Positions 41,179 to 51,585 are shown, counted from the first letter of the whole stretch. The stretch: DNA of 63,584 bases, filler included, from Actinomycetota bacterium (GCA_009886115.1; 3 parts of 3 records of this genome joined end to end with filler, not necessarily neighbours in it), one strand, 5' to 3'. Program-made: numbers and translations. The notes: a model not told the origin generated them from the letters alone.

Positions 41179-42243
41179 CTACGGCGTGCGCCCGCCGGAA
41201 CCGAGCGCGGCGAGTGCTCGGGACCCTGCCTCGACGGCAGCCTCCTCCACGAGGAGCGCAGCCCGCTCGTGGGCCTCGTCGGTGTTCCAGACCCGGTCGG
41301 TGAGTGCGTAGACCGCGACAGCGGGATCGAGCGTCGTCCGGGCTTCGCTGGCCACCTGACCGGCGATGATGGCCCTGTGGGGCACGTCGAGATCGGCCGC
41401 CCAGGCCAGGACCCCGCCCACGACCTTCCCGTCGAGGCTCGTGGCGTCGAACCTCCCCTCCCCCGTGACGACGAGCGCGGCCCCGTCAAGCGCCTCTTCC
41501 AGCCCCGACGCGGTGGCCACGACCTCGAAGCCGGGCTCGAGTCGGGCCCCGAGCGCAGCCAGACCCCCGGCCAGACCGCCGGCAGCCCCAGCCCCGTCGA
41601 GCGTGCGCACGTCGACCCCGGTACGGCGGAGGTAGGCGTCGGCCAGGGTCTCGAGCCGACCGGTGAGCAGCTTCACCTGGGCCCGGGTCGCGCCCTTCTG
41701 CGGACCGAACACCTCGGCGGCGGCGGTGAACCCCGTGAGCACGTCGCACGCGACGACGACGTCGAGGCCGGCCAGCGACCAGCCGAGGGTGGTGACGGCG
41801 GCCAGACCGCCGTCGGTGGTCGCGCTCCCACCCACGCCCACGACGATCCGCCGGGCGCCCGACCGGACGGCCGCCGCGATCAGCTCGCCCGTTCCCCGGG
41901 TGGTGGCGGCCAGGGCGTCGTTGGGTCCGTCGATGAGGGCGAGTCCCGACGCCCGGGCCATCTCGATCACGGCGGTCCCGTCGGGCAGCACGCCGTACTC
42001 GGCGTCCACCATCGCGCCGAGCGGCCCGGTGACGCGCACCTGGCGCAGCACCCCGCCCCGGGCGTCGAGCAGGGCGTCGAGCGTGCCCTCGCCGCCGTCG
42101 GCCAGGGGGATCTCGGCGATCTCGGTGAACCCGGCCCGGGCCAGCCCCCGGGCCATGGCCGCCGTGGCCTCCTGCGCAGTGAGGGTGCCCCGGAACTTGT
42201 CGGAGCAGGCGACGGCGCGATGGACGGGTGCGGCAGCGATCAG
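41179..42243 (-). CDS. glxK: Glycerate kinase
   Basis: AVACSDKFRGTLTA, PLADGGEGT, GGSATTDGG, FGPQKGA, GAAGG and TGEGRFD motifs. The conserved N-terminus lies upstream of the first ATG, so a CTG start at 42243 is inferred. Confidence 0.88.
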   Translation of the reverse strand: MIAAAPVHRAVACSDKFRGTLTAQEATAAMARGLARAGFTEIAEIPLADGGEGTLDALLDARGGVLRQVRVTGPLGAMVDAEYGVLPDGTAVIEMARASGLALIDGPNDALAATTRGTGELIAAAVRSGARRIVVGVGGSATTDGGLAAVTTLGWSLAGLDVVVACDVLTGFTAAAEVFGPQKGATRAQVKLLTGRLETLADAYLRRTGVDVRTLDGAGAAGGLAGGLAALGARLEPGFEVVATASGLEEALDGAALVVTGEGRFDATSLDGKVVGGVLAWAADLDVPHRAIIAGQVASEARTTLDPAVAVYALTDRVWNTDEAHERAALLVEEAAVEAGSRALAALGSGGRTP

Positions 42244-42887
42244 GTGCTCGAGGTGATTGCGGGCTTGCCGACGACCACGATGCAGTCGGCGTCGAGGGCC
42301 GCCGGGGCATCGGCCGTGAGCGTCTCGTTGAGCGCGGCCGTGAGCAGGCTCTCGTCGCGGGCCGTGGCCAGCGCCTGCGCCAGGCGTTGGCAGTCGAGCT
42401 CGAACCCAGGGGCGCTGTACACCGTCGTCTGCGTGTGCGGCGGCCCGTTCCCGGGCTCGAGCGTCTGGGTGTACCCGAACCCCTTGACCAGCTCGGTGAC
42501 CTCCTTGGCGACGCCGCCGATCCCGCTCTTGCCGTTCAGCACCAGGACCCTGACCTGGTTGAGCGCTCGGGCGTCGACCTGCACGGTGCCCTGGGTTCCC
42601 GGCTGGGTCGCGCCGGTCTCCAGGGTGGGATCGCCGGCCACGGTGGAGCCGGTGGTGCCCGGATCGCCGGGCTGGGTCGAGTCGGTGGCGCCAGGCTGGG
42701 TGGCCTCGGGCGTTTCGACGCCGACGGACGACGTCTCGCTCGTCGACCCCTTGGTCTCGTTCAGCAACAGCGCTCCGATGAGCACGGCGACGACGATGAG
42801 CACGAGCCCGCGCCCTCCGGCCGAGGCCACCGATCGGCCGAACGATCCGTCATTGGCCGAATGTCGGCCGGGGGTCATGCTGGGCAT
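42240..42887 (-). CDS. LytR C-terminal domain-containing membrane protein
   Basis: N-terminal TM, T/P-rich linker, VRVLVLNGKSGIGGVA...TTVYSAPG...CIVVVG. Confidence 0.8.
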   Translation of the reverse strand: MPSMTPGRHSANDGSFGRSVASAGGRGLVLIVVAVLIGALLLNETKGSTSETSSVGVETPEATQPGATDSTQPGDPGTTGSTVAGDPTLETGATQPGTQGTVQVDARALNQVRVLVLNGKSGIGGVAKEVTELVKGFGYTQTLEPGNGPPHTQTTVYSAPGFELDCQRLAQALATARDESLLTAALNETLTADAPAALDADCIVVVGKPAITSST

Positions 42888-42970
42888 GGGTCAAGTCTCA
42901 CACGTGACGGGGGCTCCGCGACGGCACGGCCCCGCCTGCACGCGACCTCCGCCTCCGACCGGTGCCCCGT

Positions 42971-43267
42971 TCACCGGCCGGGCCGGTCGCCCGAACGGTC
43001 GCCCGCGCGGTCGATGGAGCGGGACCGTCGCCGACGATCGCGCATGCGCCGCAGACGCTTCACGACCAGCGGATCGGCAGCCAAGGCCTCGGGATGATCG
43101 AGGAGCGACCCGAGCACGGCGGCGTAGGCATCGGGGTCGAGCCCGAGCCGAGCGGCGATGAGATCGTCCTTGATCCCCGGTTCGAGCCACCAGGTTCGCT
43201 CGAGCTCGAGCGCGGACCGGTCGAGATCGGTGAGCGGCGGATGGGCTTCGAGGGCTTCGATCGTCAT
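42971..43267 (-). CDS. DUF3263 domain-containing protein
   Basis: LTDLDRSALELERTWW...KDDLIAARLGL...LLDHPEALAADPLVVKRLRRMR. Confidence 0.85.
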   Translation of the reverse strand: MTIEALEAHPPLTDLDRSALELERTWWLEPGIKDDLIAARLGLDPDAYAAVLGSLLDHPEALAADPLVVKRLRRMRDRRRRSRSIDRAGDRSGDRPGR

Positions 43268-43346
43268 CGAATCACAGCCTTGTCGTTCGGTGCGGTCGAC
43301 GCAAGCATCGTCGATGCGATCGACCGAATCACTACCGTGTCCCGAC

Positions 43347-43727
43347 ATGCGATCGGCGCCCCGAGCCTTCCTGACCGACCTGGCGTTCGTCGCCGTCTTC
43401 GTGATCGTGGGTCGGCGTTCGCACGACGAGGGCCCGGCCGTCACCGAGGCGCTGAGGGTGATGGCTCCCTTCGCGATCGGGCTCGTGGTCGCATGGCTCA
43501 CCGCGCGCCGGCGCTGGGCGACACCGCACGACCGAGCCTTCGGCCTACAGATCTGGGCCGTCACCGCGGGCGTGGGGCTCGTGCTACGACGCGTCGTGTT
43601 CGACCGCGGGATCGCGATCGCGTTCGTCATCGTCGTCACGATGTTCCTCGGGCTGGCCTTCCTGGGCTGGCGGGGCGTGGCTGTCTGGCGCCACGACCGC
43701 AGGTCAGCGGTCCCCGTCGGTTCCTGA
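43347..43727 (+). CDS. DUF3054 domain-containing membrane protein
   Basis: DLAFVAVFVIVGRRSH...PFAIG...W...GLVLR...LGWR. Confidence 0.85.
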   Translation: MRSAPRAFLTDLAFVAVFVIVGRRSHDEGPAVTEALRVMAPFAIGLVVAWLTARRRWATPHDRAFGLQIWAVTAGVGLVLRRVVFDRGIAIAFVIVVTMFLGLAFLGWRGVAVWRHDRRSAVPVGS

Positions 43728-43813
43728 GGCGTCCCGGTGCGCTCGGCGCGCTCCCGTCACGAAACGCAGGAGGAGCCGTGCCGCTGTCGCAGCTGAGGCG
43801 GATCGGCTGAGCC

Positions 43814-44716
43814 CTACAGCTTGAAGACCCGCTGGGCGTTCTCGCGGAGGAACTTGGGCCAGACCTCGGTCTTGAACGGCACGTTCACCATGTCGCCGAA
43901 GATGCGGTCGAGCGAGAGGCCCATCGGGAAGTAGCCGGCGTACATGACCTTGTCGGCGCCGCGGGTGTTGGCGTAGTTGATCATGTCCGCGGGGTAGTGC
44001 TTGGGGGCGAAGGCCGACGTCGAGTAGTAGAGGTTCGGCCACTTGAGCATGAGCTTGACCGCCAGGTCGACCCAGGGCTCGCAGCCGTGGCGGGTGACGA
44101 TCCGCAGCTCGGGGAAGTCGTAGCAGACCTCGTCGAGCAGCCCGACGTACTGCGGCGCGAAGGGGAACCGGGGCCCGGGGATGCCGGCGCAGATGCAGAT
44201 CGGGATGTCGAGCTCCACGCACTTGGCGTAGATCGGGTAGTAGAGCGGGTCGTTGATGGCGACCTGAGGAAAGGTCCCGGCCGGGAAGGCCGTGGCCGCC
44301 TTGATCCCGTATTCGTCGTGCATGCGCACGAGGTCGCGCACGGCGTCCATCCCCCGGTTCGGGTTGACCTCGTGCGATCCGAAGAACCGGTCGGGGTGCT
44401 TGGTGACGCACTCGATGCCCTCGGTGGCGCCCGGCGCCACGCCGAGCATGGCCTTCTCGATCCCGTGCTTGTCCATCGCCGGGAGCAGGAGGTCGGCGCC
44501 CTGGGGCGGTTCCTCGTCGAGCGGCGCGCCGGGGTCGCGAGCCTGCGTGCTGAACGGCACGTCCTTGAACATGTACTGGGCCGGGAAGTTCATCTCCTTC
44601 GAGCCGTCGTCTCGGAGCGCGTTGGCCATGAACTTGTACTGGCCCTTGGCCGCCTCGCCGGCGCGGGTCCCCATCATGAGATCGATGACACCGCTGAATC
44701 CGCTCGGATAGGCCAT
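43814..44716 (-). CDS. Amidohydrolase family protein (amidohydro_2-like)
   Basis: YPIYAKCVELDIP, DFPELRIVTRHGCEPW, KWPNLYYSTSAFAPKHYP, FLRENAQRVF. Confidence 0.85.
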   Translation of the reverse strand: MAYPSGFSGVIDLMMGTRAGEAAKGQYKFMANALRDDGSKEMNFPAQYMFKDVPFSTQARDPGAPLDEEPPQGADLLLPAMDKHGIEKAMLGVAPGATEGIECVTKHPDRFFGSHEVNPNRGMDAVRDLVRMHDEYGIKAATAFPAGTFPQVAINDPLYYPIYAKCVELDIPICICAGIPGPRFPFAPQYVGLLDEVCYDFPELRIVTRHGCEPWVDLAVKLMLKWPNLYYSTSAFAPKHYPADMINYANTRGADKVMYAGYFPMGLSLDRIFGDMVNVPFKTEVWPKFLRENAQRVFKL

Positions 44717-44826
44717 GGAGAGCTCCGTTTCGCCGGTTCGTCGCTTCGCCGACTGGCATCTCGTGCGACGACCCATCCTCACTCACGACGACCGGACCTC
44801 GCACATGAGGGATTAACGTTGCGGTC

Positions 44827-46989
44827 GTGGCCGATCCGGCAGTCCCCACCACAAGAGACGGCGAAGGTCCCCCGATTCCACCTCCGCCACCCCCGCCGCC
44901 GGGGTGGCGCATCGAGGGGGCCCGTCCCGGTCAGGCCGGGCCGCCGCCGCCGGGCCCCACTGGGCCCGGCGGTTCCGGCGGTTCCGGCGGACCCGGGCGT
45001 TCAGGTTCGGGAGGTCCTGGAGGACCCGGCGGGGCAGGCGGCGACAAGAGCGGCGGCAGCGGGCTCCGTCGGCTCTTGTCGAACCCGCGCTTTTTCGTGT
45101 TCCTCGCGCTGGCGCTGGTCGCCAACTTCATGTTGGCCAAGGCGTTCACCGACGAGACCGAGCGCACCCGGGTGCCGTACACGCTGTTTCGCGAGCAGGC
45201 CCAAGCCGACAACGTCGAGGAGATCTCGTCGAAGGGCGAGACGATCCAGGGGAAGTTCCGCGATCCGATCGTGTACGCCGAGGACGCCAACCAGCCGACC
45301 GAGACCACCGAGGTGGTCGATTTCAAGACCGAGCGGCCGTCGTTCGCCGACGACAACATCTTCGCCGTGCTCGACCGGAACGACGTGCGGGTCAATGCCC
45401 GACCCACCGACGAGGCCCGCCCGATCTGGCAGACCCTCCTGTTCAGCTTCGGGCCGACCCTGTTGTTCATCTTCCTTCTGTTCTCGATCATGGGACGGGC
45501 GTCACGGGGACTGGGCGGTCTCGGAGGCATCGGCAAGTCCAAGGCGGTCCGGTACGAGGCGAGCAACATCCGCACGACCTTTGCCGACGTCGCCGGGATC
45601 GACGATGTCGAGGGCGAGCTGGTCGAGGTCGTCGACTTCCTCAAGAACCCCGACCGGTACCGCCGCCTGGGTGCCACGATCCCCAAGGGCGTGCTGCTGT
45701 CGGGCCCGCCCGGAACGGGCAAGACGCTGCTCGCCCGGGCGGTGGCGGGCGAGGCCGACGTCCCGTTCTTCTCGATGTCGGCGTCGGAGTTCATCGAGAT
45801 GATCGTGGGCGTCGGCGCCAGCCGCGTGCGCGACCTTTTCCAACAGGCCAAGGCGGCAGCGCCGGCGATCATCTTCATCGACGAGCTCGACGCCATCGGT
45901 CGCTCACGCGGCGGGAGCTCGTCGCTCGGGGGCCACGACGAGCGCGAGCAGACGTTGAACCAGATCCTCACCGAGATGGACGGATTCACCGGTTCGGAGG
46001 GCGTGATCGTCCTCGCGGCCACCAACCGGCCCGAGATCCTCGACGCTGCGTTGCTGCGCCCGGGCCGATTCGACCGGCGCCTCGTCGTGAGCCCGCCCGA
46101 CCAGAACGGGCGATCGAAGATCCTCGCCGTGCACAGTCGGGGTGTTCCCCTCGCCGAGGAGGTCGACCTCAACCAGATCGCGTCGATCACTCCGGGGATG
46201 GTCGGCGCCGATCTCAAGAACCTCGTCAACGAGGCGGCGCTGATGGCCGCCCGCCACAACCACGACGCGATCCTCACGGCCGACTTCACCGAGGCGCTCG
46301 AGAAGATCATCCTGGGGACCGAGCGCCAGATCATGCAGACCCGCGAGGAGCGCGAGCGCACGGCGTACCACGAGTCCGGTCACGCGCTGCTCGGGATGCT
46401 CCAGCCCGGTGCCGATCCGGTGCGCAAGATCTCGATCGTGCCCCGCGGCATGGCCCTGGGTGTCACGTTCCAGAGCCCCGAATCAGACCGGTACGCCTAC
46501 GACACCAGCTACCTCAAGGGTCGGATCATCGGCCTCCTGGGCGGACGGGCCGCCGAGAAGCTCGTGTACGGCGACGTCACCACCGGCGCCGAGTCCGACC
46601 TCGAGCAGGTCACGCGCATCGCCCGTCAGATGGTGGGACGCTGGGGCATGTCGGAGGCGATCGGACCGGTGAGCATCCTGCCCGGCCCACGCGACGAAGT
46701 GCTGTTCCCCGGCATCGGCGAAGGCGGCGTGTCGGCCCACACCCGCGAGCTGCTCGACCGCGAGGTTCGCCGCATCATCGACGAGTGCTACCTGGAGGCG
46801 ATGGCGATGCTCGAGGAGCACCGCGATCAGCTCGACGCCCTCGTCGCCGCTCTCCTCGAGCGCGAGACCCTCGACGAGATCGATGCGTACCATGCCGCCG
46901 GGGTCGAGCGTCGACCGCCGGCCGTGTCGCTCGAGAGCCCGCCCGCCGTGTCGCTCGAGAAGCCTGCGGCCGTCTCGCCGATCATCTAG
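44827..46989 (+). CDS. ftsH: ATP-dependent zinc metalloprotease FtsH
   Basis: Two TMs; [41 protein letters not shown]. Confidence 0.95.
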   Translation: MADPAVPTTRDGEGPPIPPPPPPPPGWRIEGARPGQAGPPPPGPTGPGGSGGSGGPGRSGSGGPGGPGGAGGDKSGGSGLRRLLSNPRFFVFLALALVANFMLAKAFTDETERTRVPYTLFREQAQADNVEEISSKGETIQGKFRDPIVYAEDANQPTETTEVVDFKTERPSFADDNIFAVLDRNDVRVNARPTDEARPIWQTLLFSFGPTLLFIFLLFSIMGRASRGLGGLGGIGKSKAVRYEASNIRTTFADVAGIDDVEGELVEVVDFLKNPDRYRRLGATIPKGVLLSGPPGTGKTLLARAVAGEADVPFFSMSASEFIEMIVGVGASRVRDLFQQAKAAAPAIIFIDELDAIGRSRGGSSSLGGHDEREQTLNQILTEMDGFTGSEGVIVLAATNRPEILDAALLRPGRFDRRLVVSPPDQNGRSKILAVHSRGVPLAEEVDLNQIASITPGMVGADLKNLVNEAALMAARHNHDAILTADFTEALEKIILGTERQIMQTREERERTAYHESGHALLGMLQPGADPVRKISIVPRGMALGVTFQSPESDRYAYDTSYLKGRIIGLLGGRAAEKLVYGDVTTGAESDLEQVTRIARQMVGRWGMSEAIGPVSILPGPRDEVLFPGIGEGGVSAHTRELLDREVRRIIDECYLEAMAMLEEHRDQLDALVAALLERETLDEIDAYHAAGVERRPPAVSLESPPAVSLEKPAAVSPII

Positions 46990-47060
46990 AAGCGCATCCG
47001 TCGCCCGGGGTTCGTCGCCACCGGCATTCTTCGCTGACGATGGCCCGCGGCGACGTGCGC

Positions 47061-47975
47061 TCAGACCGCGCTCGATCTGAGCGTCACCACGGCCAGGCAA
47101 GCCACGACCACCAGGATCCCCATGCCCTGCACGGCGTTGACGGCTTCGCCCAGCACCATCCAGGCGATGAGGGGAGCCATCACGGGCTCGCCCAGACCCA
47201 GCACCGACGACACGCCGACATCGACGTGCCGGTGGGCCCACACCTGGAGACCGTGACCGCCGATCCCGGGCAACAGGGCCAGTGCCAGCAGCCAGGCCAG
47301 TCGGGTCGGGTTGACGTCACCGGCGTCCGACGTGCCGAGGAGAGCGACCGGCGTCATGACCACGGCGGCCGTCGCGGTCTTGATCGTCAGCAATGGCAAG
47401 GTCCCGACGGCGGTCGTCGACCGGATCCGCTTCGTGACGAGGAAGAACACGACCCACACGAGCAGTGACCCGACAGCGAGGAGATCACCCTTGGTCGAGC
47501 GCTCCGCTCCACCGTCACCCGCGCCCACGACGACGATCACGACGCCGACGAGCGCTCCCACCCCGGCCGCGACCGTGACCCGGGTGAGCCGCTCACCCAG
47601 GGCGACGGCGGCGATCGGCACCACCAGCACCGGCGTGAGGGCCCCGATGATGGTGGCGTTGACGATGCTCGTCGCCCGCACGGCGCCGAAGAAGAACGCG
47701 ATGTTCATCGCGAAGAGCAGTCCCGCCGGAGCGACCCGGCGCACGGTGACGAGGTCGAACCGTTCACGGCGCACGGCACAGACCGCGCCGAGCACGACGA
47801 CGGCGATCCACAAGCGCCACATGGCCACCGAGAGCCCCGACAGATCGGCCGACTTCCCGATCGTCCCCCCGGAAGCCCAGAGGAGCGTGGCCAGGCACAC
47901 CGCCGGGGTCCCGAGGGCGCTGCGCCGCTCGACGGCCGTCGACCGGGGCACTGTCGACGGGTCGAGGGCGCTCAC
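47061..47975 (-). CDS. EamA/DMT family transporter
   Basis: About 10 TMs in two EamA repeats (LGERL, GDLLA, EPVMAPLIAWMVLGE); -10 TACGCT 6 nt before GTG. Confidence 0.88.
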   Translation of the reverse strand: MSALDPSTVPRSTAVERRSALGTPAVCLATLLWASGGTIGKSADLSGLSVAMWRLWIAVVVLGAVCAVRRERFDLVTVRRVAPAGLLFAMNIAFFFGAVRATSIVNATIIGALTPVLVVPIAAVALGERLTRVTVAAGVGALVGVVIVVVGAGDGGAERSTKGDLLAVGSLLVWVVFFLVTKRIRSTTAVGTLPLLTIKTATAAVVMTPVALLGTSDAGDVNPTRLAWLLALALLPGIGGHGLQVWAHRHVDVGVSSVLGLGEPVMAPLIAWMVLGEAVNAVQGMGILVVVACLAVVTLRSSAV

Positions 47976-48000
47976 CCGGCCAGCGTAGGGCGCTGCGCAA

Positions 48001-48047
48001 CGTCGGGCGTCGGGCGTCGGGTGTCGGGTCGGGTCGGGTCGGGTCGG
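48001..48047. repeat. Short tandem repeats (CGTCGGG)n/(TCGGG)n in a divergent promoter region
   Basis: CGTCGGG x3, TGTCGGG, TCGGG x3. Confidence 0.8.
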
Positions 48048-48130
48048 CGTTGCCGAGCACCTCGCGCGCAGCCTCATACGCACCTGGTGGAGCGGCCCCG
48101 GTCGGCCCCGGCCCTCGTACCCTGGCGTCC

Positions 48131-48946
48131 ATGCTCGCCGACGTCCTCGAGATGGTCGACTCCTGGCCTGCGAAACGATGCGCCGTCGGGGTGACCGACG
48201 ACGAGCGCACCGTGGCCGTGCGCGGTCGCAGCGACTGGCGCTTCGACCTGGCGTCGGTGACCAAGCTCCTCACCACGATGGCCGTCCTGCTGGCGACCGA
48301 GGAAGGCATCGTGAGCCTCGACGAGCCGGCCGGTCCGCCCGGCTCGACGGTTCGCCACCTGCTGGCGCACACGTCCGGGTATTCGCTCACCAGCGCCGAG
48401 CCGATCGCCCCACCAGCGCGGCGGCGGATCTACTCGAACGTGGGTATCGAGCGGGCCGCAGCGCTCGTCGAGCAACGCGCCGGTATCCCTTTCGCCGAGT
48501 ACCTCTCCCAGGGCGTGCTCGACCCGCTCGCCATGACCGGCACCAGGCTCCTGGGCTCGCCTGCGTACGCCGGTCGGAGCTCGGTCGACGATCTGCTGGC
48601 ACTCGGGCGCGAGCTGCTCGCACCCCGTCTGCTCGCCCCCGACACGCTCGCCTGCGCCACCACGGTCCAGTTCCCGGGCCTGCGAGGTGTGCTGCCAGGG
48701 TTCGGCCGTCAGGATCCCTGCGACTGGGGCCTGGGCTTCGAGCTGCGCGGCACGAAGCACCCGCACTGGACCGCCACCACAGGCTCGCCCCGCACCTTCG
48801 GCCACTTCGGCCAGACCGGCACCTTTCTGTGGGTCGACCCCGAAGCCGGCCTGGCGACGGCCTTCCTGTCGAACCTCCCCTTCGACGACTGGGCCCGCGA
48901 TCGCTGGCCCGCCCTCTCCGACGCCATCCTCACCACCCCCCGGTGA
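48131..48946 (+). CDS. Serine hydrolase, beta-lactamase (class C-like/esterase) family
   Basis: ASVTK (SxxK), LLAHTSG, YSN and FGHFGQTG motifs; -10 TACCCT 7 nt before ATG. Confidence 0.9.
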   Translation: MLADVLEMVDSWPAKRCAVGVTDDERTVAVRGRSDWRFDLASVTKLLTTMAVLLATEEGIVSLDEPAGPPGSTVRHLLAHTSGYSLTSAEPIAPPARRRIYSNVGIERAAALVEQRAGIPFAEYLSQGVLDPLAMTGTRLLGSPAYAGRSSVDDLLALGRELLAPRLLAPDTLACATTVQFPGLRGVLPGFGRQDPCDWGLGFELRGTKHPHWTATTGSPRTFGHFGQTGTFLWVDPEAGLATAFLSNLPFDDWARDRWPALSDAILTTPR

Positions 48947-48970
48947 CCCGCCGCCCCCCGACCATCTCAC

Positions 48971-49019
48971 CAAATTTGCGCGGAAATGCGCGTCCCGTGC
49001 GCATTTCCGCGCACATTTG
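48971..49019. repeat. AT-tipped REP-like palindrome (family A, copy 2)
   Basis: CAAATTTGCGCGGAAATGCGC-N7-GCGCATTTCCGCGCACATTTG (arms match at 20/21). Confidence 0.8.
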
Positions 49020-49040
49020 CGGGAGGAGGGGCGGGTCGGT

Positions 49041-50759
49041 TCAGGGGCCAGCCAGGCCGGCGGCGGTGAGCTCGTCGTGCACGGACTGGCGGAAGGCATC
49101 TGCCTGTGACTCAGCCTGGGCGTCGGTCCAGCCGAGATCGGCGGCGATGAGACGGGCCACGTCGGACGCTGCGGCACAGGCCGCTCGAGCATCGAGGATG
49201 CGGGCTCGGGTGCGGCGGCTGAGCACGTCGTCAAGCGTCGTGGCCATCTCATGGCGGATGGCGAAGAGCGCCTCGGCCCGCAGGTAGGCCAGCCCGGGAA
49301 CGAGCGGCTCGGCCAGGCTCGGATCGGCCTCGCACATGGCGGCGATGACGTCCGCCTCGGAGCCGTATCGAGCGTCGAGGTGAGCACGAGCTTCGCTCGA
49401 CGGCGGGCCTCCGCGAGCACGATCCTCGCCGCCCACCACCACCACATCCTTGGTGCGACTGGGATTCCGCCGGGACGACCGACGGCCTGACCGGGCTGAG
49501 CCCGCCGGGGCGAGGAGGGCGACGGCGGCGTCGACCGTGTCGGCGGCCATCCGCCGGTACGTCGTGAGCTTGCCGCCTGCGATCGTGACCAGCCCGTCGC
49601 TGGCGATGGTCACCCGATGCCGACGCGAGAGGTCGGCGGTCTTGGCCGAGGTGCCCACGGTGCCGACCAGCGGCCGCAACCCGGCCCAGACCCCCAACAC
49701 GTCGGCGCGCCCGAGCGGGCCGCCCGTGAAGGTGAGGTCGAGGGCGCCGTTGATCGCGGCGATCAGGTAGTCGACGTCGACGGGGTCGGCGAGCGGCTCC
49801 TCGATCCCACCGGGATGGTCGGTGTCGGTGGTGCCGACGTAGGTGCTCTCGCCCCACGGGATCACGAAGATGGTGCGGCCGTCGCCCGGCCCGGGAATCA
49901 CCAGGGCCACCTCGTTGCCGATGCGGAATCGGCGGACGGTGATGTGAATCCCCTTGGCCGGACGCAAGGCCGGCGAGTGATCGCGACCGTCGAGCGCCTG
50001 TACCTCGTCGGCCCAGACCCCGGTGGCGTTCACGACGACCCGGGCGCGAATCTCGATCTGGCGCCCGTCGGTTGACCCGCACCCAGCCGTCGCCGGCTCC
50101 TGGATGGCCGTCGCTCGAGCCCCACGGGCCCGGCCGTCGGGGTCGTGCACGATGGCCTCGACAGAGCACCGGTTGATGATCGCCGCTCCGAAGCGCTCGG
50201 CGGCGGTTCGCAGCACGGCCAGGGTCAGGCGGGCGTCGTCTGTGTGCGCGTCGTGGTACAGGTATCCGGCCGAGACACGGTCGATCGGCAGCGTTCGAAC
50301 CATCGCCCGGGTCTCGGCGGCATCGAGCCGGCTGTGCCGACGGCCGATCCGCCAGCCCCCGGTGAGGTCGTACTGCCAGAGCGCGAGGCCGACGAGGCGG
50401 CCCATCCGCCGGCCGACGACCCCGCCGCCGCCCCGGGTGACCGGGATCAGGAACGGCATGGCCAACACCAGGTGCGGGGCCGTCCGCATGAGTATCTGGC
50501 GCTCGGCCAGGGCCTCGTAGACCAGTCGGAACTCACGTTGCTGGAGGTACCGAAGCCCGCCGTGCACCAGTTTCGAAGACCGTGAGGATGTGCCGGCCGC
50601 GAAGTCGTCGCGCTCGACCAGCGCGACCGACAGTCCCCGGGACGCGGCGTCGAGCGCCACTCCCGCCCCTGTGATGCCACCACCGATGACGAGCACGTCG
50701 AACTCGTCACGTTGCAGACGGGCGAGCGCGGTGGAGCGAGAGAAAGGCCGCGGGGACAC
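49041..50759 (-). CDS. glpD: FAD-dependent glycerol-3-phosphate dehydrogenase/oxidase
   Basis: DVLVIGGGITGAG, GTSSRSSKLVHGGLRYL, DDARL, GLRPL and GGKLTTYRRMA motifs. Confidence 0.93.
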   Translation of the reverse strand: MSPRPFSRSTALARLQRDEFDVLVIGGGITGAGVALDAASRGLSVALVERDDFAAGTSSRSSKLVHGGLRYLQQREFRLVYEALAERQILMRTAPHLVLAMPFLIPVTRGGGGVVGRRMGRLVGLALWQYDLTGGWRIGRRHSRLDAAETRAMVRTLPIDRVSAGYLYHDAHTDDARLTLAVLRTAAERFGAAIINRCSVEAIVHDPDGRARGARATAIQEPATAGCGSTDGRQIEIRARVVVNATGVWADEVQALDGRDHSPALRPAKGIHITVRRFRIGNEVALVIPGPGDGRTIFVIPWGESTYVGTTDTDHPGGIEEPLADPVDVDYLIAAINGALDLTFTGGPLGRADVLGVWAGLRPLVGTVGTSAKTADLSRRHRVTIASDGLVTIAGGKLTTYRRMAADTVDAAVALLAPAGSARSGRRSSRRNPSRTKDVVVVGGEDRARGGPPSSEARAHLDARYGSEADVIAAMCEADPSLAEPLVPGLAYLRAEALFAIRHEMATTLDDVLSRRTRARILDARAACAAASDVARLIAADLGWTDAQAESQADAFRQSVHDELTAAGLAGP

Positions 50760-50977
50760 CCGGCGAGTGTACGGGCCAACTCGCCGGGCCGGCCGAAGCG
50801 CTGTCGGCTCGGAACGACCCGATGGCGAGGGTGAACGTCGTCGGTGGTGAACGGGTGATGGCCGTCGTCGTGGTCGCAGGCCCTGTCATTGCGCCGTGTC
50901 GTCGACGACCTGCGGAGCGCGCGCCGCGGAAGTCGCGAGCGTTCGACGGCGAAGCGCTGCGAAGGCGCCCGAACGCG

Positions 50978-51006
50978 TCGTAACCCCCGGCGGGCGGGGG
51001 TTACGA
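50978..51006 (-). terminator. 12-bp stem-loop downstream of the HBHA-like gene
   Basis: TCGTAACCCCCG-GCGGG-CGGGGGTTACGA. Confidence 0.65.
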
Positions 51007-51061
51007 GTGCGGGGAAGTGCCGATCGCCGCCGGCGGGGGAACCGTCGGCGAGTCGGGAAGG

Positions 51062-51487
51062 TCAGACGGTGGTCGTGCCGGCCTTCTGTGCGGAAGGCTT
51101 GCGGGCGGCGGGCTTGCGGGCAGCAGGCTTGGCGGCCTTGGCAGCGGCGCTGCGCGGCGCAGCGGGCTTGCGGGTGGCCGGCCGGGTCACCGTGGCCTTG
51201 ACGGCCGTGGGCTTCGCCGGCGGAGCCTCGGGGGTGAGGGCGCTCACGACCCGCAGCGTCCGGGACTTCGAAGCGGCGAGAACGTCCTCGGCTGCATCGA
51301 AGCTCAGCTCGATGAGCCTGCCGGCCGACGGGATCGAGAACGGGAGCTTGGCGACCGGCAGCTTGGCTGTGACCTTGGCTGCGGACTCGGCGAAGCGCTC
51401 GAACGTCTCGATCGTGAGGTCTTCGGCCTTCTTCGACAGGGCGTTGAGCTGGTCGACGGCCTGCTTGGGCAATGTGGCGACGGACAT
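51062..51487 (-). CDS. HBHA/MLDS/phasin-like protein with Lys/Ala/Pro-rich tail
   Basis: GAGGAG RBS; amphipathic helical N-region; C-terminal KPAAR/AAKAAK repeats; lies downstream of an Rv0474-like XRE gene. Confidence 0.7.
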   Translation of the reverse strand: MSVATLPKQAVDQLNALSKKAEDLTIETFERFAESAAKVTAKLPVAKLPFSIPSAGRLIELSFDAAEDVLAASKSRTLRVVSALTPEAPPAKPTAVKATVTRPATRKPAAPRSAAAKAAKPAARKPAARKPSAQKAGTTTV

Positions 51488-51553
51488 GTGGTCTCCTCGA
51501 GTTCGATTGACACTGGACCGCCCGGCTGCGTGGTGCACCGAGCGCATATGCGT

Positions 51554-51585
51554 AGTATGCCACGCAGTGCTTGGTGTGTCAAGCG
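51554..51585 (-). promoter_or_regulatory. SigA promoter TTGACA-N17-CATACT overlapped by the palindromic operator TGCTTGGTGTGTCAAGCG
   Basis: -35 at 51577-51582 and -10 at 51554-51559 (minus strand); operator 51568-51585. Confidence 0.7.

Noticed and set aside
48131..48946. Bona fide beta-lactam resistance gene
   Set aside because: It has no signal peptide and has the compact cytoplasmic esterase-type family pattern common in actinobacteria; resistance cannot be inferred.
50707..50889. Thr-rich 60-aa ORF as a leader peptide for glpD
   Set aside because: It overlaps glpD, which has its own -10 (TACACT) 6 nt before GTG; no attenuator structure is evident.
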